From positions 26,350,001 through 26,414,000 of the forward strand of contig NC_090352.1 in the NCBI RefSeq assembly GCF_035084215.1: DNA of 64,000 bases. The letters are read 5' to 3'. Under the pieces are notes generated by a model. It was not told the origin of the DNA, did no database searches, and was given only the letters and a program-made list of their open reading frames with translations. Made by a program: the position numbers and the translations under genes. Below, one piece after another: positions 11,435 through 25,035 of the stretch. Source of the DNA: Heptranchias perlo (lineage: Eukaryota). Numbering within the stretch: the first letter of the stretch is position 1; each line of letters starts with the position of its first letter.

Positions 11435-13764
11435 TGGTAGAATTGGAATAGTGGTGGACAATCAACCATGCCAATCAGCAAAATTAAAAATGCATCTTAA
11501 TAACATTTCTTGCATACATAAGTCACTTTTCTTCTTCCCCATTGACTACACATATAATCTGAGTTTTTCTCCTTTCTAATTGGTTATTTTTATTATTCAA
11601 ATTATATTATGCAAAATCTCAGTACATTCCATCAATTACCAAATTTGCCCCCAGTCACATATCTCAGCCAGAAAAATAACTCCTCCCCCCCCCCAGCCAC
11701 AGTTCTAGATATAACAATATCCAACAAAACCAGATATCCTCATCTCTATATACCCAAAAAAGCTATCATACAACACGTTTAAAAAAATACAGAAAGTGGC
11801 TCCAGCAATAATTCTTCCCGCACCCATGCTTCAGCGCATCCCTGTACACTTTCGCCCACAACTCCCTGTCGCAACCCTCCCCCAACGACTCACCCCAAGC
11901 CTCCCAACACACCCCCATCCAACCAACATCCCATCTCCCAAAAAGACATGAAATTCCTAAGAACGTCAGACTCCAATACATAACAGTCGTTTAAAGTGAT
12001 TTAAACCCAAGTTTGATGGAAGTTTTGTTCGGAAACTACATTCACCTGCAAATGTGATCTATGGATCACAGAGGGCTCCAATAAAACATTTCATCACAAC
12101 ACTATCTTTTCAGTTGTTCTATATCTGAAACAAATTTTTTTCCCACATTTACCAATCCTCTTTTTACAAAAAAAGTAAGGAAATAGCTGCAATTTACACT
12201 TATGTAGTGCCTTTAATGTAACATACATCCCAAGGTGCTTTACAGAAGATCAGGGGACAAAAAGCTGGATAGAGAAAAGAGAATATTGGGGTGGGGCTGT
12301 TCAGATTTAATTAATTTATATGAAAGGCTGTACAAACACATGTAACTTTATAACAGCATTTAAAAAGTGAAAAAGATTTTGAAGTTAATTTCCTCCATAA
12401 ATTCGAAGGCGGCCATTAGGGAGCCATTAGGCAGGCTCAATTCCTACAACCAAATACAACCTGCATGGAAAATTACTCTACAACACCATGTTGTCCACAG
12501 CAGACGATATTCTTTGTCTGCTGTTCAGTGGTCTTAGTGCTGCGAATTAGTCAGAAGTCAGACTGGAGAGACTCAAATCGGAAGTAGTTGGAAATGAGCG
12601 AGTTGTTGCATGGCAATGACTCATTCAAGATCCTTGGAGCGCTTAGGAGAATTAAGCAATCAAGGAGTGTTGTGGCGATAGTGGTTTTAAGAGGAGGAGG
12701 AAAAAAGAAAGTGGTCTACAACTTGCATTTATATAGCACCTTTAATGTACAAAAACTTCTCAAATGTGTTTTACAGAGGAAAGAAAAAGTAATGGATTCC
12801 AAAACATGGCTGGAGTGTTGAGAGATGACAAAGCTTGATCAAAAAGATGAGGAAGCCTTTTAATCAATAATTGCATATTATAACAGTTTGTAATTTAAAC
12901 AAACAAGCAGGATACAATAACATATGACTTATAAGCAATTACTTTTCAATAATTAGATGATTTCCGGTGCCTTCGCACACAGGTATTCAAGACCAATGGC
13001 AGAATTCAGGTCCAGCATTGTTAGAAGGTGGGGAACAAAGCAGAGAGAGAGAGAAAAAAAAAATTGAGAAAGAAAGAAAAGATACCATGCCACTACAAGG
13101 CCTCAGAGTTACGAGGTTTCTTTTGCTATATTCCTCGGCTTTCACAGATTTTGGACATTGCTCCATTTTCTGTTCAAGATGTATGGAGGCTTGGAAGACC
13201 TGCTTAGTTGGGGGGTCTCTGCTCAGGGGGAGTCGGGGCAGGGAGTTGATTCATGCTGGTTTTCCCCACAGCCTTTCGACTGCCACCATAATTTACTTTG
13301 CTCTGAGAACTTTCACTACTACATTTTGCAGTTTCTGCGTGTTGCTCCTTTTCCTGCTTTGCTATTTATTTCTTACGTTTCCGTTTATGAGTTATGTAAA
13401 TCAAGCATTTCTTGCTTCTTCTGCAAACTTGCTTAGCAAGGAGAGGTGGGGGGATTGTTGCGCTAATACTACAACTTAGCCACCAAAGTTCCTTGACAAC
13501 TCTCTCCCTTTGCCACTATCAGGCCTCAGATTCTCAAAGTTCATTTTGCTTGGGGAAATTTTGTACTTCTTCTTCCATAGATTTCAATCTTTGCTCAGTT
13601 TCTTGCTCTGCCTCACTTTCAGGTTTCCCTGCTTGTTATTTTCAAAAACTTTGGGCTTTTGATTACATTCAAATAACATCTACTTTACTGATATCACAAT
13701 ATTATCTGCTCAAGGCAGTTCTTAGGAGTCCACAATTGCTACTTACTTTGAAAGACAAATACAT

Positions 13765-13902
13765 GGGCCCTGAAATTCCTCGGACTTTCTGCCACCGTGC
13801 TGTGATAACTTCGGCGGAAGCGCAGCAGACACCCCGTTTACGTCACACTTCTGACGAAATTGCACTGGCACAGTGGCCAAAAGTCTGAAGAAATTCAGGG
13901 CC
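13765..13902. mobile_element. Short MITE
   Basis: TIRs GGCCCTGAAATTC / GAAATTCAGGGCC with a 3-bp ATG duplication. Confidence 0.6.
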
Positions 13903-15779
13903 ATGATGCTTATTCAAGGTACCGCTTGGGACTGATATTTAACATTAGGTGGCGTCCCATTGTTTTCAATTTGTCACATCAGGTTGTGTTGCTACCACCA
14001 CCTACTGGTGCAGTACCTCTGGAATTCTGAGATTGCCCACCATTTTTAAATTTATAATAGTCACAGTGTGATAATCAAGTACTGCATATCTGTTAATATT
14101 TTTTACTTTGGATTATTTCAACTTTCAGGGAAAATTGGTGAATTAGTAAAATACTGGTGAAGCAAGATATATTTCAAGATTTTAAGACTGTCAAAATTAG
14201 TGATTCAACAGGTCTTTTTGATTGCTGGACATTAAATCAATTTTTTGTCAAATACTATAGTTTGAAACAATATTCATTACTTGGAATTAAAATATATTTG
14301 CTCACATAAAAGCTGGTCTGGATCACCGACAAAATTGTCATGAACTGAAAGTTGACAGCCTGTGTACAAATGCATACTATACTGACTAGTAACTGAAATT
14401 TTTGAACACCGTGAACCACCTATTCACACATTCTGGTACAGTACAGTGCTTTGTGCTTTTCTGAAGCTCTTTTCAGAAAACTGGAAATAGGATAGAAATA
14501 TTGTCAATATGCTGGAATTGCAAAACAGAATGAAGTGTATATATTACTGCTAATCTTGAAAATTTACTGAAGAAAATTTTTGCATATTTTTTTAGTAAGG
14601 AATATGTTGCTGTGCTACAAATGAGGAATTAAACATAATAGTTTTAAAAGCCCACAAAAAGAGAACTAATAACCACATCTGAATCTAAAGGGACAAGCAA
14701 CTCTGAACAGAGCACAGATTTCATTATCTGAAACCACAATGGCAAACCCACATCCTCACCATACAAATTACATATAAAAAAGAAAAAGGAAGAATAGCCG
14801 TTTCATTTTCAGCTTCTCAAACAATATATGCATAATTGAGGAGTTTTTGTATTAATTTTCATTTAAAAAGTTTGAAATTATATGATGCTATATATGCAGA
14901 GTCCGTTAATACACACATGCTTCTCATGCACCACACTGCAAATAAACAATCATTCCCTGACTAAGTGCTCGGTAACCATCATATCGATTGTGCCAGGGTT
15001 CAATCACCTAATTTTCCTTTCTTCTCTATTCCATCCATGACTGGGAAGAATCTCAAATTTCTCAACATAATAAATGCTGAATATTTAGTCCACCATACAA
15101 AATCAGCCAAGTAGACCCCTTCTAGCCAAGAAACCTAGTGTGACAGGTTATCTTGCAGGCAACTTTTTGGAGTGGGGTAATGGGAGAGTACTCTAGACTG
15201 AAAGCACTTCCTCCCAAAGAATACTATTCTCATTACAAGAAAAATTTAAAACTTTGTTTTGAACTAACCATATTAGAGAGCTAGATTTTCTATCGTCGAC
15301 AGATAATCCAGCCCAGAGTTTTTCCACAGTATCTTGTAAATGGTAAATAAATAATCGAGCAGTAGTTACTTAATTTGAAGGAATCTTCGCTGAATCAGGA
15401 CTTAATTCAATGTTTCACAAGTGGCAATCAATTCTTATTCTTACAAATCAAAAATGCAACACACATCAGGAAACTAGCACACAAGGCTCATCAGTTAGAC
15501 TAAATACGGATGTCAACACATTTCAGTACGGAATTGGAGTTTCCTCACATGTCCACTTTCTCTCCTTGGACAATGAGAGGCTGGAACAAAAATAACTTCT
15601 AACAGGCAAACAATGTTTATAATAGTTTTAATGTGCTGATTTAAAAACTTCAACATTGACTCAATCTTGGCTTCTCTCTAGCAACATCAAACTCAGAGGC
15701 CTTGCCAGGTCTTTGTGCTTGAAATCATGTTACAAGCCTATTCAATTGACCATTCCCCTTCTTTGTGAAATTGTGGATC

Positions 15780-16170
15780 ATCCGTGACTGGATACCGGAC
15801 TAGCAATCGAACAGCACAAAGACAGCGTAGGGGTCGAGGAAGGTGGTGGAGCGGTAGAGCTCAGTATCAGAATATATGTGGAAGCTGACCCCATGTCTGC
15901 AGATTTCACCAAGGAGTAGCATGTGGATAAGAAAGAAGAGTGGGCCAAATATGGATCTTTTGAGGATTTCTGAGGTGACTATTCAGGTAGGGAAGTGGAG
16001 CCATTGCTAGAGATGCTCTGGTATGGGGGAAAAGGCGTTGGAGGAGGATGGTGTGGTCAGCCATGTCAAATGCTGTAGAAAGGTAGAGGATGACAAGGAG
16101 AGACAATGCATTGTGGTCAGTCACAGAGATTGCTGTTCACGATTTCACTTTGGGCTGTTCAGTGCTATTA
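15780..16170 (-). mobile_element. L2 LINE RT fragment
   Basis: SLLVILYLSTAFDMADHTILLQRL (LLDLSAAFDTVDH-like). Confidence 0.7.
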
Positions 16171-16950
16171 GAGGCAAACTACCTTAGGAAATGTCTCTAG
16201 TTTATATGAAAAGTTTTTTTTTAAATGTGAATTTACAGTGTGTTGATGCGTATGCAATTTTAAAACTATTATCCCCATGAGTAACTGATGATTCATGCAA
16301 ACAAGGGACAGATCCCAAAGAAGTCTGCAAGGGACAAAAAAGCCTTCAAATGCAACTTAGGATACAGACTGCCAGAGTTTATAGTGGAGAATAAGTCGTC
16401 AATATTGACCTTCTGCCCACAAACTTTTAACACCTAATGGGATAGTTTGTTGATTTTTATTTGCTTCATTGGATTTTGTTTTTTTAGTGACAAATAGAAG
16501 ACAAATTGATTGAGTTTCTGCATCAATTAGTTCCTGGTTGTTACTCTGGTACATAGCTTAAATGGTATTTCTTGGTATTTTTAAAAAGTATAAGCCATTC
16601 ACAATTGTATTTAATAATTATTTCAAAATCTTAATTTTCACTTTGAAGAAAAAGCTTGCATTTATATAGAAGAGTTGTTCAACAATTTGATTTACATGTT
16701 ACAGATCATCTGTATTCATTTCTAGACTTTTGTGTTTGAAAAGCCACAAACTGTTTAATTTTTATTATGTCACTGGTCAGGAGAATTAACATTAAAGTAT
16801 GAATCAAGAAAACTAACAAAACATTCTGAATATAAAAATTAAGATAAAACGGAGAAGGGTTATAATGACGAATATAAACAACACAAAAATACAATGTGCA
16901 ATGAACCTATAATCTTGCTCTTTGTCAAAGAACTTTGAAGCAGACTTGAT

Positions 16951-17693
16951 GGGCTCATTTTAAACTTAAATTGCAGGTGCGTTGGGGGCGGGGGGGGGCT
17001 GCGAAAATTGCAGAAATGCACAGTGGGTTCGAAAGCCGGCTCCAACCCACCGACTCCTGAGTTTCCCACAGACGCACCTGTGAGCGCGCAGGTGTCCTGA
17101 ATCCAGAAGTGTACCTCATTGAGGTACTTAAGGCACTTTACTTGTGACGTTTTAGGTAGTTAGATCAATTTTTAAACTTACCTGGGTGGCTTTCCCAGGA
17201 CTTCTGATTCACGCCTGGTGAAACCAGGTGTGAAGGGCCGGATCAGGCCAAAGAAACAAAAAAAATTAAACAACAAACCATTTCACAAAGTTAAAACACA
17301 AAATCAACCTACCTTTCCACCCTGCTCTGATGTCCGATGTCTCCCTCTCCAATCTCCCCTTCTACTACCACCCATCTCCCCCCGCCTCCCCGATCTTCCC
17401 CTCTCCCCCCACACCGATCTTCTGTTCCAGTGCGGATGACGTCTCGGTCACTCTCTTTCCACCCCCGCCCATCCCCCCGATCTCCCCCTCTTCCTCCCGA
17501 TCTTCCCCCCCCACCCATCAATCAGGCTGGCTGCCAGGTGCGAAACCCGGAAAGAACTTTAAGCACCATCAATTACATTGCAATTGCATCGAAAACCCAA
17601 GTTATTTTTAAATTCGGGTTTGCCAGGCGCACCTTCGCACCCCCCCCCCCCCCCCCAACGCTGCCAACCCGCCACCATTTCAAAATTGAGCCC
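16951..17693. mobile_element. Harbinger-type MITE
   Basis: TIRs GGGCTCATTTT / AAATTGAGCCC, 3-bp TSD GAT on both sides, CpG-rich interior. Confidence 0.7.
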
Positions 17694-18809
17694 GATATCT
17701 CTGAAATGTCATACGTTTCATACTTTGCACAGGATCTTAAACATTATTTCTAAGCTAGAAAACCTACAAAAGCTAATCAAAAACTTTCCCGGAAGCTGAA
17801 GGGAGCTCAAACAGCAGAACTGCCAAGGGCTTTTGAAATAACTATTAAATATAACTCATACTATTGCAAGAGGGCCTGACTTCCTGTGCAGTACATCTCT
17901 ACAATCAGCAGTTTAGCCTTTACTTAAATTAGCTTCCAAACTCTTCTAGCAGCCCAGAGACAGCACAATATTTTATTAACCCAATGCCTTGTTTCTGTTC
18001 AAGATTCCATGAAAATGTGTATAATAACTGAATTTCAAACAACAAAAGATCTACTCCAAGTAGAATTTGAAAAACCACCTGTCTTTAATAAGAATTCCAA
18101 AAATACCAGAAAGGAAAGTTATTCTTTAAAAAAATTGCAACAAAGCTGTATTTTCACAGAACTGAGTTAAGGGGACTTCAACGCCTGCATTCACACTGTT
18201 AACTACTTTTTAATCTGCCACAATTATGTTACCAAGGTCTGTCTTTCTTTTAATCCATTCAGCAAGGATTCATAAACAATTGCAGTTTGAGTAAACAACC
18301 CTGTGTACACAATTTTTCAGGCAAAACATGCCTAAACAATACTCAGCACTGTCTGTTATTTATTAACAAAAATCATAGCTTTTGTAGTCAAGATGCAGTG
18401 TTTGCAATTATGATTGTAATTTGACTTACAGGAACAAACAACTTTTGAAATTCAAAATTAAATAAAACCATCTGCTGGAAAAAGGTCCATGCACAATGAT
18501 AAAATATGTCCCTTTGGCCACAGGAATTGAATGGCATCAGCATTACGTGAAGGCCTGTGCGCATTTGCAAAAGATTTAGGTTTTGCTACATTAGTTACTC
18601 ATAACTGTACAGATGGTAGCAACATCCCTTTACACATCTAATACTTTTACCTACAACTAGTTTTATTTACACTAAGAAAATTCTGTACATATAACCTAAG
18701 AGAAAATAAACTTGTGTTTGCTACTCGGCTTGTAATTATCTTGAATTATATTTATTATTTTGATATTTTGTTTATTAGAAAGAAAAGGGACACACATGTT
18801 GGTTATATA

Positions 18810-20131
18810 GGGGTGGAATTTTCTGTGGGGGCGTAATTGAGAAGTTACACCCATTCATGTGCCGTTTAGCCGATGTCTATTTACAGCTACGTTTCCTGCC
18901 AATCTCATTAACATATGCCGGAACGTAAAAATGGGTGTAAACAAAGCAGAAATCAGCAGAAACAATCGGGGCCCAAGAAAAGCACTAACTTCAAACCATT
19001 TATTCCTTCTTTAAGTATGAAAATTCAAGTTTCAAGCCATCCAACGATAATTTCATTGCATAATAAGTGCAGGATGTTGGCCTGGAATTTTCACCATGGG
19101 TGCAACCAGGAAGTAAGACCCGAAAATACCCCCATTCCTGCGCCCATTCTGCCGATGTCAAATTACACACAAACTTCCTGCCAATCTCATTAGAATGCAC
19201 CTGAACTTAGTTTCAACTCATTTAACCATAACTTATGCACATTAGGTACAGCTTGTTTACGAACCTTCAATCAGGGAAGCTTTCCAATTTTTAACCTGAC
19301 TTATACCCATGCCATAAAATTACATTAAAAGAAATAGAAGACAGAGTGCTGGTCTCAAGTGAGGATAAATTTAAAAAACGCTCAATTTCAATAGAACTTC
19401 ATAGAAAATCTGGTCATAATTTTAAGAAAGCCTCTGAGCAAGCGCAATTACAGGAAACTCGTATACGAGGTTCTGTAACCTGGGGGCGTGGCCAGTTTCA
19501 TGGGTGGAGATGTGTTCGGGCAGATGGATCAACAGACGGCAGTAAAGGACTGAGGAGATATGGGCATACTTTAGTTATGCACGTAACTCACTTACGCCCA
19601 AAATCCCGCAATCTTTTAAGCCACCAATTTGGTTTGCGGCCAGGTTACGTGTGTCTCTGGGCAGAAATACGGAGGAAATTCAAGGCTATGCAATCACGGA
19701 AGCTTTTCAATTTTTAACATGACTTATACTGATGCCATAAAAATGCATTCAGAGAAACAGGAAATACAGTGCAGATCTGAGGATAATTTTTTCTATTGCT
19801 CAAAAAAAAAAATCACAACGAAACACCAGAAGAATGACTTCATTGCTTTCTGCGTCTAAAATTCTGGGATTAATTTTCCACCCTTTTTGAACAAGCGTAA
19901 TTGCAGGAAATTCATGTGTACGGCTCTTAAGCCTGGATGGGGGGATGGAACCATTCTAATGAACCAAGATGTGTTCAGGTGCAGGGATCAATAGATGAGC
20001 GCAAAAGAGTGAGGAAATTCAAGTGTAGGGTAATTACGCACGTAACACGATTGCTGCAGAGTTTTTTCGATCTTTTACGTTGGGTATTTGCCTCGTGCCT
20101 CTGGGCGCAAATATACAGGAAATTCCACCCC
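18810..20131. mobile_element. Non-autonomous DNA transposon with internal duplications
   Basis: TIRs GGGGTGGAATTT / AAATTCCACCCC; interior homologous to 62960-63575. Confidence 0.7.
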
Positions 20132-20942
20132 TATGTGTTTTGACAATGAAATTCAGTGTTCACTCAAAAGCAAAATATGTGGATGCTGGAAATCTGAAAT
20201 AAAAACTGAAAATGCAGGAAATACTCAGCATGACAGGCAGCATCTGTGGAGAAAGAGTGTTAACTGGATTGCAGCAATGGCTATAGGCAAAAGCCACAGT
20301 GCATATATTTGACACACACATATATAGATAATTCAGAAATACAATAGTTTTATACCGTGCCCAAAAAATTGGGCACTATGTAAAACTATTCGCTATCATC
20401 CGTTTTGCGCACTGACCAATTTCACATCCTCACGTTTCACTGCACCTAAAGCAAATGATCTATTAAACATGGCACATGAAAGGTTGCGAAATTTTAAAGA
20501 CAGCAGCACAGAGGTAACAACTAGAGCAAATAAAAACAAATTGGGTTTGCCAGCAAAGCTCCTGAGGGTATAACAGCTTTGGGAACCACATCATTTTTAA
20601 CATGCAGAATTGTAATCATAGAATCCACTTGCAACACATTCTCTAATATCCATACCAAAAAGAAATGCATTATGATGCACTGATATATAATCCCACTGCA
20701 CAATGAGAAATCTTAAAAGATTACAGTTCAGTAATAAGTGAACAAGTGTCTTATTTGTGGGATGTCAGATTCTTGCTCGATAAAGATCTCAGAATTATCA
20801 TTTAGCAGGACCTCTGACTTGATAAGTTTCAAACAGTAGAATTCCTCCGGTGGTTTGGAGCTGCAACAGGACTACAATTTTAAAGCTGAAGACTGGATAG
20901 AATCATAACGAGAGTTAAAAAAAAAATTAAATTAGCACTTAC

Positions 20943-21953
20943 ACCAAAGGCATCTCTGCGAATCCCTTTATGGTTTCTCAACCAAGATCGGCTGAGCTCA
21001 TTCAACTCAAGAATTGGCTGCACTTTCAATCTCACAGTGTCTCCAGATTGACGGATCATCTCAACTATCTCATCCCGTGATTTATTTTCAACATTCCTGC
21101 TGTTAATTTCCACCAGTCTATCGCCTGGCACCAGACCCAATGCTAGATCTTTAGTACCAGCCCCAGGCTCTGCAAAATGAACCATCCTGCGGTATGCTTG
21201 TCCATCAGGTCCTCTGTCCAGCATGGTTGTTCTCCGCAAAGAGAACCCAAAGTCTCCTGTATTTCTTCTCTGCAATACAAGCTCTCTAGGTTCCGTAGGC
21301 AGAGGTGGTACTACAGGAGGCAGCCGTAGATCAGCAGCAAAACTTTTATCCACAACTTCTGGAATCTGAATATTAGGACTTGCCATTAACACAGTATTTG
21401 ACAAATGTCTCGGCATTTCTTCTAGGTACTCAAGCAGTAGACCGTCATTTCTCATTTCTACTTGTGGTGAAGGAGTTGCAGAATTTTCTGATGGAGTTGA
21501 CACTTCTGATGTTGACTCTTCTCGACTCTTTTGTGAAAAAGAGAACCTCTTTACTAGTTGGACTGAATTCTGTTTAGCAAGAGAGCCAAACAGAGCTGCT
21601 CGCTGAAGCACTGATCCCTTCACAGTACACTCATCTATTTTGAGATCATCACTGGAACTGGCAGTACTCAATTGCTCGGAATCAATAATCATGCTTCCTC
21701 TGTTACTAATAGTGTCTGAATCAATATCAGTAAGATTGAGATCTGAACTACTAGCTACTTTTATTGGGATAGGGGCTGAAATTTCCAGTTTGGTCTTTGA
21801 TTCCCGCTTTGAAGATCGACTCAAATTAAAGAGCCCTCGACGTAGACCAACTTCCTCAAGACTTTTCAATTCTGCTACAGACATTTTCTCCCTCTTTTCC
21901 TTCTTTTCTTTCTTCTCCTTTTTATCTTTGTCTTTTTTGATTAAGTTAAACAT
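20943..21953 (-). CDS. MYO18A: Unconventional myosin-XVIIIa, first coding exon (KE-rich N-terminus + PDZ domain), alpha isoform
   Basis: [34 protein letters not shown]... and PDZ ([40 protein letters not shown]...GDRLVEIN) match the MYO18A N-terminus. ATG at 21953; donor GGT|GTAAGT at 20943/20942 gives 1011 nt, phase 0. Likely acceptor (ctgattgcag|) at 22031/22030. Confidence 0.96.
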
Positions 21954-22699
21954 TTTCAAATTTTACTTTTGTGCAAATTATTAAAGAATGAAAAAATAAT
22001 TAATAAAGACAGAATCTTTTATTGGTCCAGCTGCAATCAGGGGCAAGTCACTTTTCTTCTTATTCAGGTATGACCAGGTGTAACGTTCTGTATCTGAAAT
22101 GACATCAAAATGATAGTTACAACAGAAATACAAATATAACAGTAAACTTAAGTACACAATTCCAATATCCATTTTTCTAAAAAAAACTATATTCCCCTAG
22201 TTACTATTTCAAATAGGAAATATCTACGGTTATCCACATCACCTCAATTTTGGATAGTATGAGTATAAATAATAAAAATTAAAATGCATCCAGATGCACC
22301 ATAATATCTTTAAAGTATTTCTACTTCCCAAATAGCTAATTTAGTTAACTTGCTAGTCAGTACAGAACTGAGTCATGTAAGCCAGAATGGTCCCAAGTTC
22401 AATTCCTGATCTGTGCTGAGTTAACTGATCACAGCCAAGTTACTGGTGTAACTGCTACAATTAGCCAGTGTTCCTAAGCAACGGGGAGGAAGAAGTAAGC
22501 TACGGCCAAGTTTCCCTCAACCATCATCCTCAGAAAATCCTGATGGCAAAAGTGTATATGTGGATGCCAAGTGAGGAATGGATTGGGCTTGACTGTGATA
22601 TTTCCCAACAGCCTAGTGGTTGGGAATTAGACAGTGGTGTCTGAGAGATGATCTTAGGAGGTATATAGGACTGTTAAAAAGAAAAAGTTAACCTGGAAT

Positions 22700-22980
22700 A
22701 TAACTTTAAATTAAACTGTGAAGTAGAACTAGGGGACATAGATTCAATCTACTAAAAGGCAAATTTAGGACAGATATCAGTAAACACTTCTTTATACGAA
22801 GAGTGGTCAATGTGTGGAATAAACTTTCAGAGAGAACAATGGTGGCAAAAACCTTGGAATTATTTAATAAACAATTGCATATGGGATATTGGAGGGGGAT
22901 ATTAGGATCTCTCTGGATTGATGAACTAAAATAGGCATAATGGCCTTCCATAATAGGCATAATTATCTTGTGATCTTCTG
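22700..22980 (+). mobile_element. CR1 LINE 3' fragment
   Basis: agaactaggggacatagattcaatcta...FFIRRVVNVWNKL remnant. Confidence 0.65.
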
Positions 22981-24729
22981 AGTCAGCAAACTTCAGAAAA
23001 GGATAGGAGAAAACTAAATGAGAAAAAAAAAGTAACACTGTCCTTTTGAAAATTAATTACAGGATAATTATTCATTTTTTTAATATGTTCATTTGTCAGC
23101 TTTAATTTTTTGTTTACAGCAATGGTTGCTGATGGCAATATTCATCATAAAAAGAATTAATGAATAAATAGCAGTTGAGATGCATCAATAAATACAAACA
23201 TGATATAGCATCAACCATGTATCCTGTGTCAGATCCTTCACACTCCAAGGCTCAGCAACTCCTTAGTTAGTAACCCTAATTACATGATCAACAAAAAAAA
23301 TGAAGCAAAATGGAAAACACAAAAGAATGTTAATCAGAAGTTTATATATAATTCACTTTTTTTATTTAAATTAAAAAAAAGTCCTCATGGTGACATTCAT
23401 TAGGGGTATTATCCTATTCTGAGGCACAATAATCCAGATGCTAAGAGGTTCCTCCACACCTCCACCCAAACTGGTAGTACAATTTTTGTCAATATATTAT
23501 TTGGTTTACTTCACCTATTATCTGGTCATCTTTCAGGAACAATAATTGAAAATCATCACAATAGATTTTTAAAACTAAATCAAGACTCAAGTGTAACTAT
23601 AGCAGGTTGTAATTAGTGCCACTTCCGTGCTCCACATACAAACTTCCCTAATTACAGATCATATTTGTACAACACAATTGGGAGCAGATAGCCGTAAATC
23701 ATTAGCCCGAGAGTTACAAAACCGGCAGGAAGTTTTATAATATTTAAAGATAAATGATAGTATTACACACTGGGGGTGGGGAATTTCTATTTCTAGTTAT
23801 TTCACAGTAAAATTGTGATGTCATGTATGAAGAATACATTGATAACTTCACCACAGACGGCAAACAAAATGAAATTCTTCATTCAAGACCACTTCTGGGG
23901 GTACCTAAAAGACAACAGTTTACCTTATTAAATTGCGAGTAAAACAAATCTTGGCTATAACCTTAGTCTAATTTTATTAGGGAAATAGCAAACACTTGCA
24001 CCCATTTTGCAAAGGCTAATGCACAAATTCCTCCATTTAAGACCCTTAATAGTCATTAAAAAGACTCATGACATTTCATATTTTGCATTGCTGCAAGTTT
24101 CAATTTCACATAGATGCAAGATTCAAAGCAAAGCTACAGCCAAACTGGCATCAAGGAGGTATGCTCACAGTTTTGGTCTTATACCAACTGCATAATTCTT
24201 TTCCCCCCCTTCAGAGAGTTATCTCTGTCAGTAGCATTCTCATTATAAACAAGCTAACTTTCTTGCATCAGAGGCAGTTACAATTTTATGGTACATGGTT
24301 TTTCTTAACTATCTTCAACCCAAATGTCCACCAACAAACAAACAGTACATGTGGCAGAAAGTCAATTAGGTGCACCATTTTGGGTTCGGCCCATGGGCAT
24401 GCTATATGGTCAACTCACCCTATAGACCAGCAACGATGGCCTCTACACTCCCTCCCCAACAATGGGGCAAGTCCTTGGCCAGAAATGCAAAATTATAACT
24501 GTGACTTTACACAAACTACACGTTAAGTCATATTGACATCGTCTGAAAAGCTTAATGCAGTTTCCCATTACTTCTGAATCCATCCCACAGCATGTGTGGT
24601 AGATTCAGCACAACAGAAATCAGCGCATATTTCTGAGCTGTTTCCATAGACAGTTCACTGGATCTCAAAGCTCTTTACTAACATTAGAACAGACTGCCTT
24701 GTTCACTCTTCTCCAATATAAAAGAAATC

Positions 24730-25035
24730 AGTAGCCAACTTGTGGACAGCAAGATCATCATGACCAGTTAATCCATTGCAGGTTGAGAAATCATGGCAGG
24801 ACACAGAGAGAAATTGTTGCTCTACTTCAAATAGTGGCATGGGATCTTTCATGAACACTAGGAGATGAACAGGGCCTGAGTTTTAATGGTTTCATCTGAA
24901 GGACAGTCCGTAACAATGCAGTGCTCCCTCACTACTGCATTGAAGTCCCAGTTTAAATTATGTGTTTATGCCCTGGAGTGGGATATAAACCCACCACTTT
25001 CCGACACAGAGGTGAGGATATTACCAACGGAACCA
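24730..25035 (-). mobile_element. Diverged Deu-domain SINE copy
   Basis: aaatagtggcatgggatcttt, gcagtgctccctcactactgca. Confidence 0.6.

Noticed and set aside
11766-11981. 71-aa Trp/Gly-rich minus-strand ORF with an internal GTGAGT donor
   Set aside because: No recognisable homology, and the donor phase does not fit the phase-0 MYO18A junction; not supportable.
12967-13888. Plus-strand ORFs of 170 and 158 aa
   Set aside because: No recognisable domain, non-ATG starts, explained by compositional skew.
17218-17799. Pro-rich overlapping ORFs
   Set aside because: Low-complexity C-rich interior of a MITE.
20880-20942. C-terminal [20 protein letters not shown] of the 359-aa ORF, resembling a membrane anchor
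   Set aside because: Read-through into the intron past the GT|GTAAGT donor; the TTG start at 21959 is also an ORF-caller artefact.
21380-21984. Plus-strand ORFs over the MYO18A exon
   Set aside because: Antisense shadows of the real coding exon.
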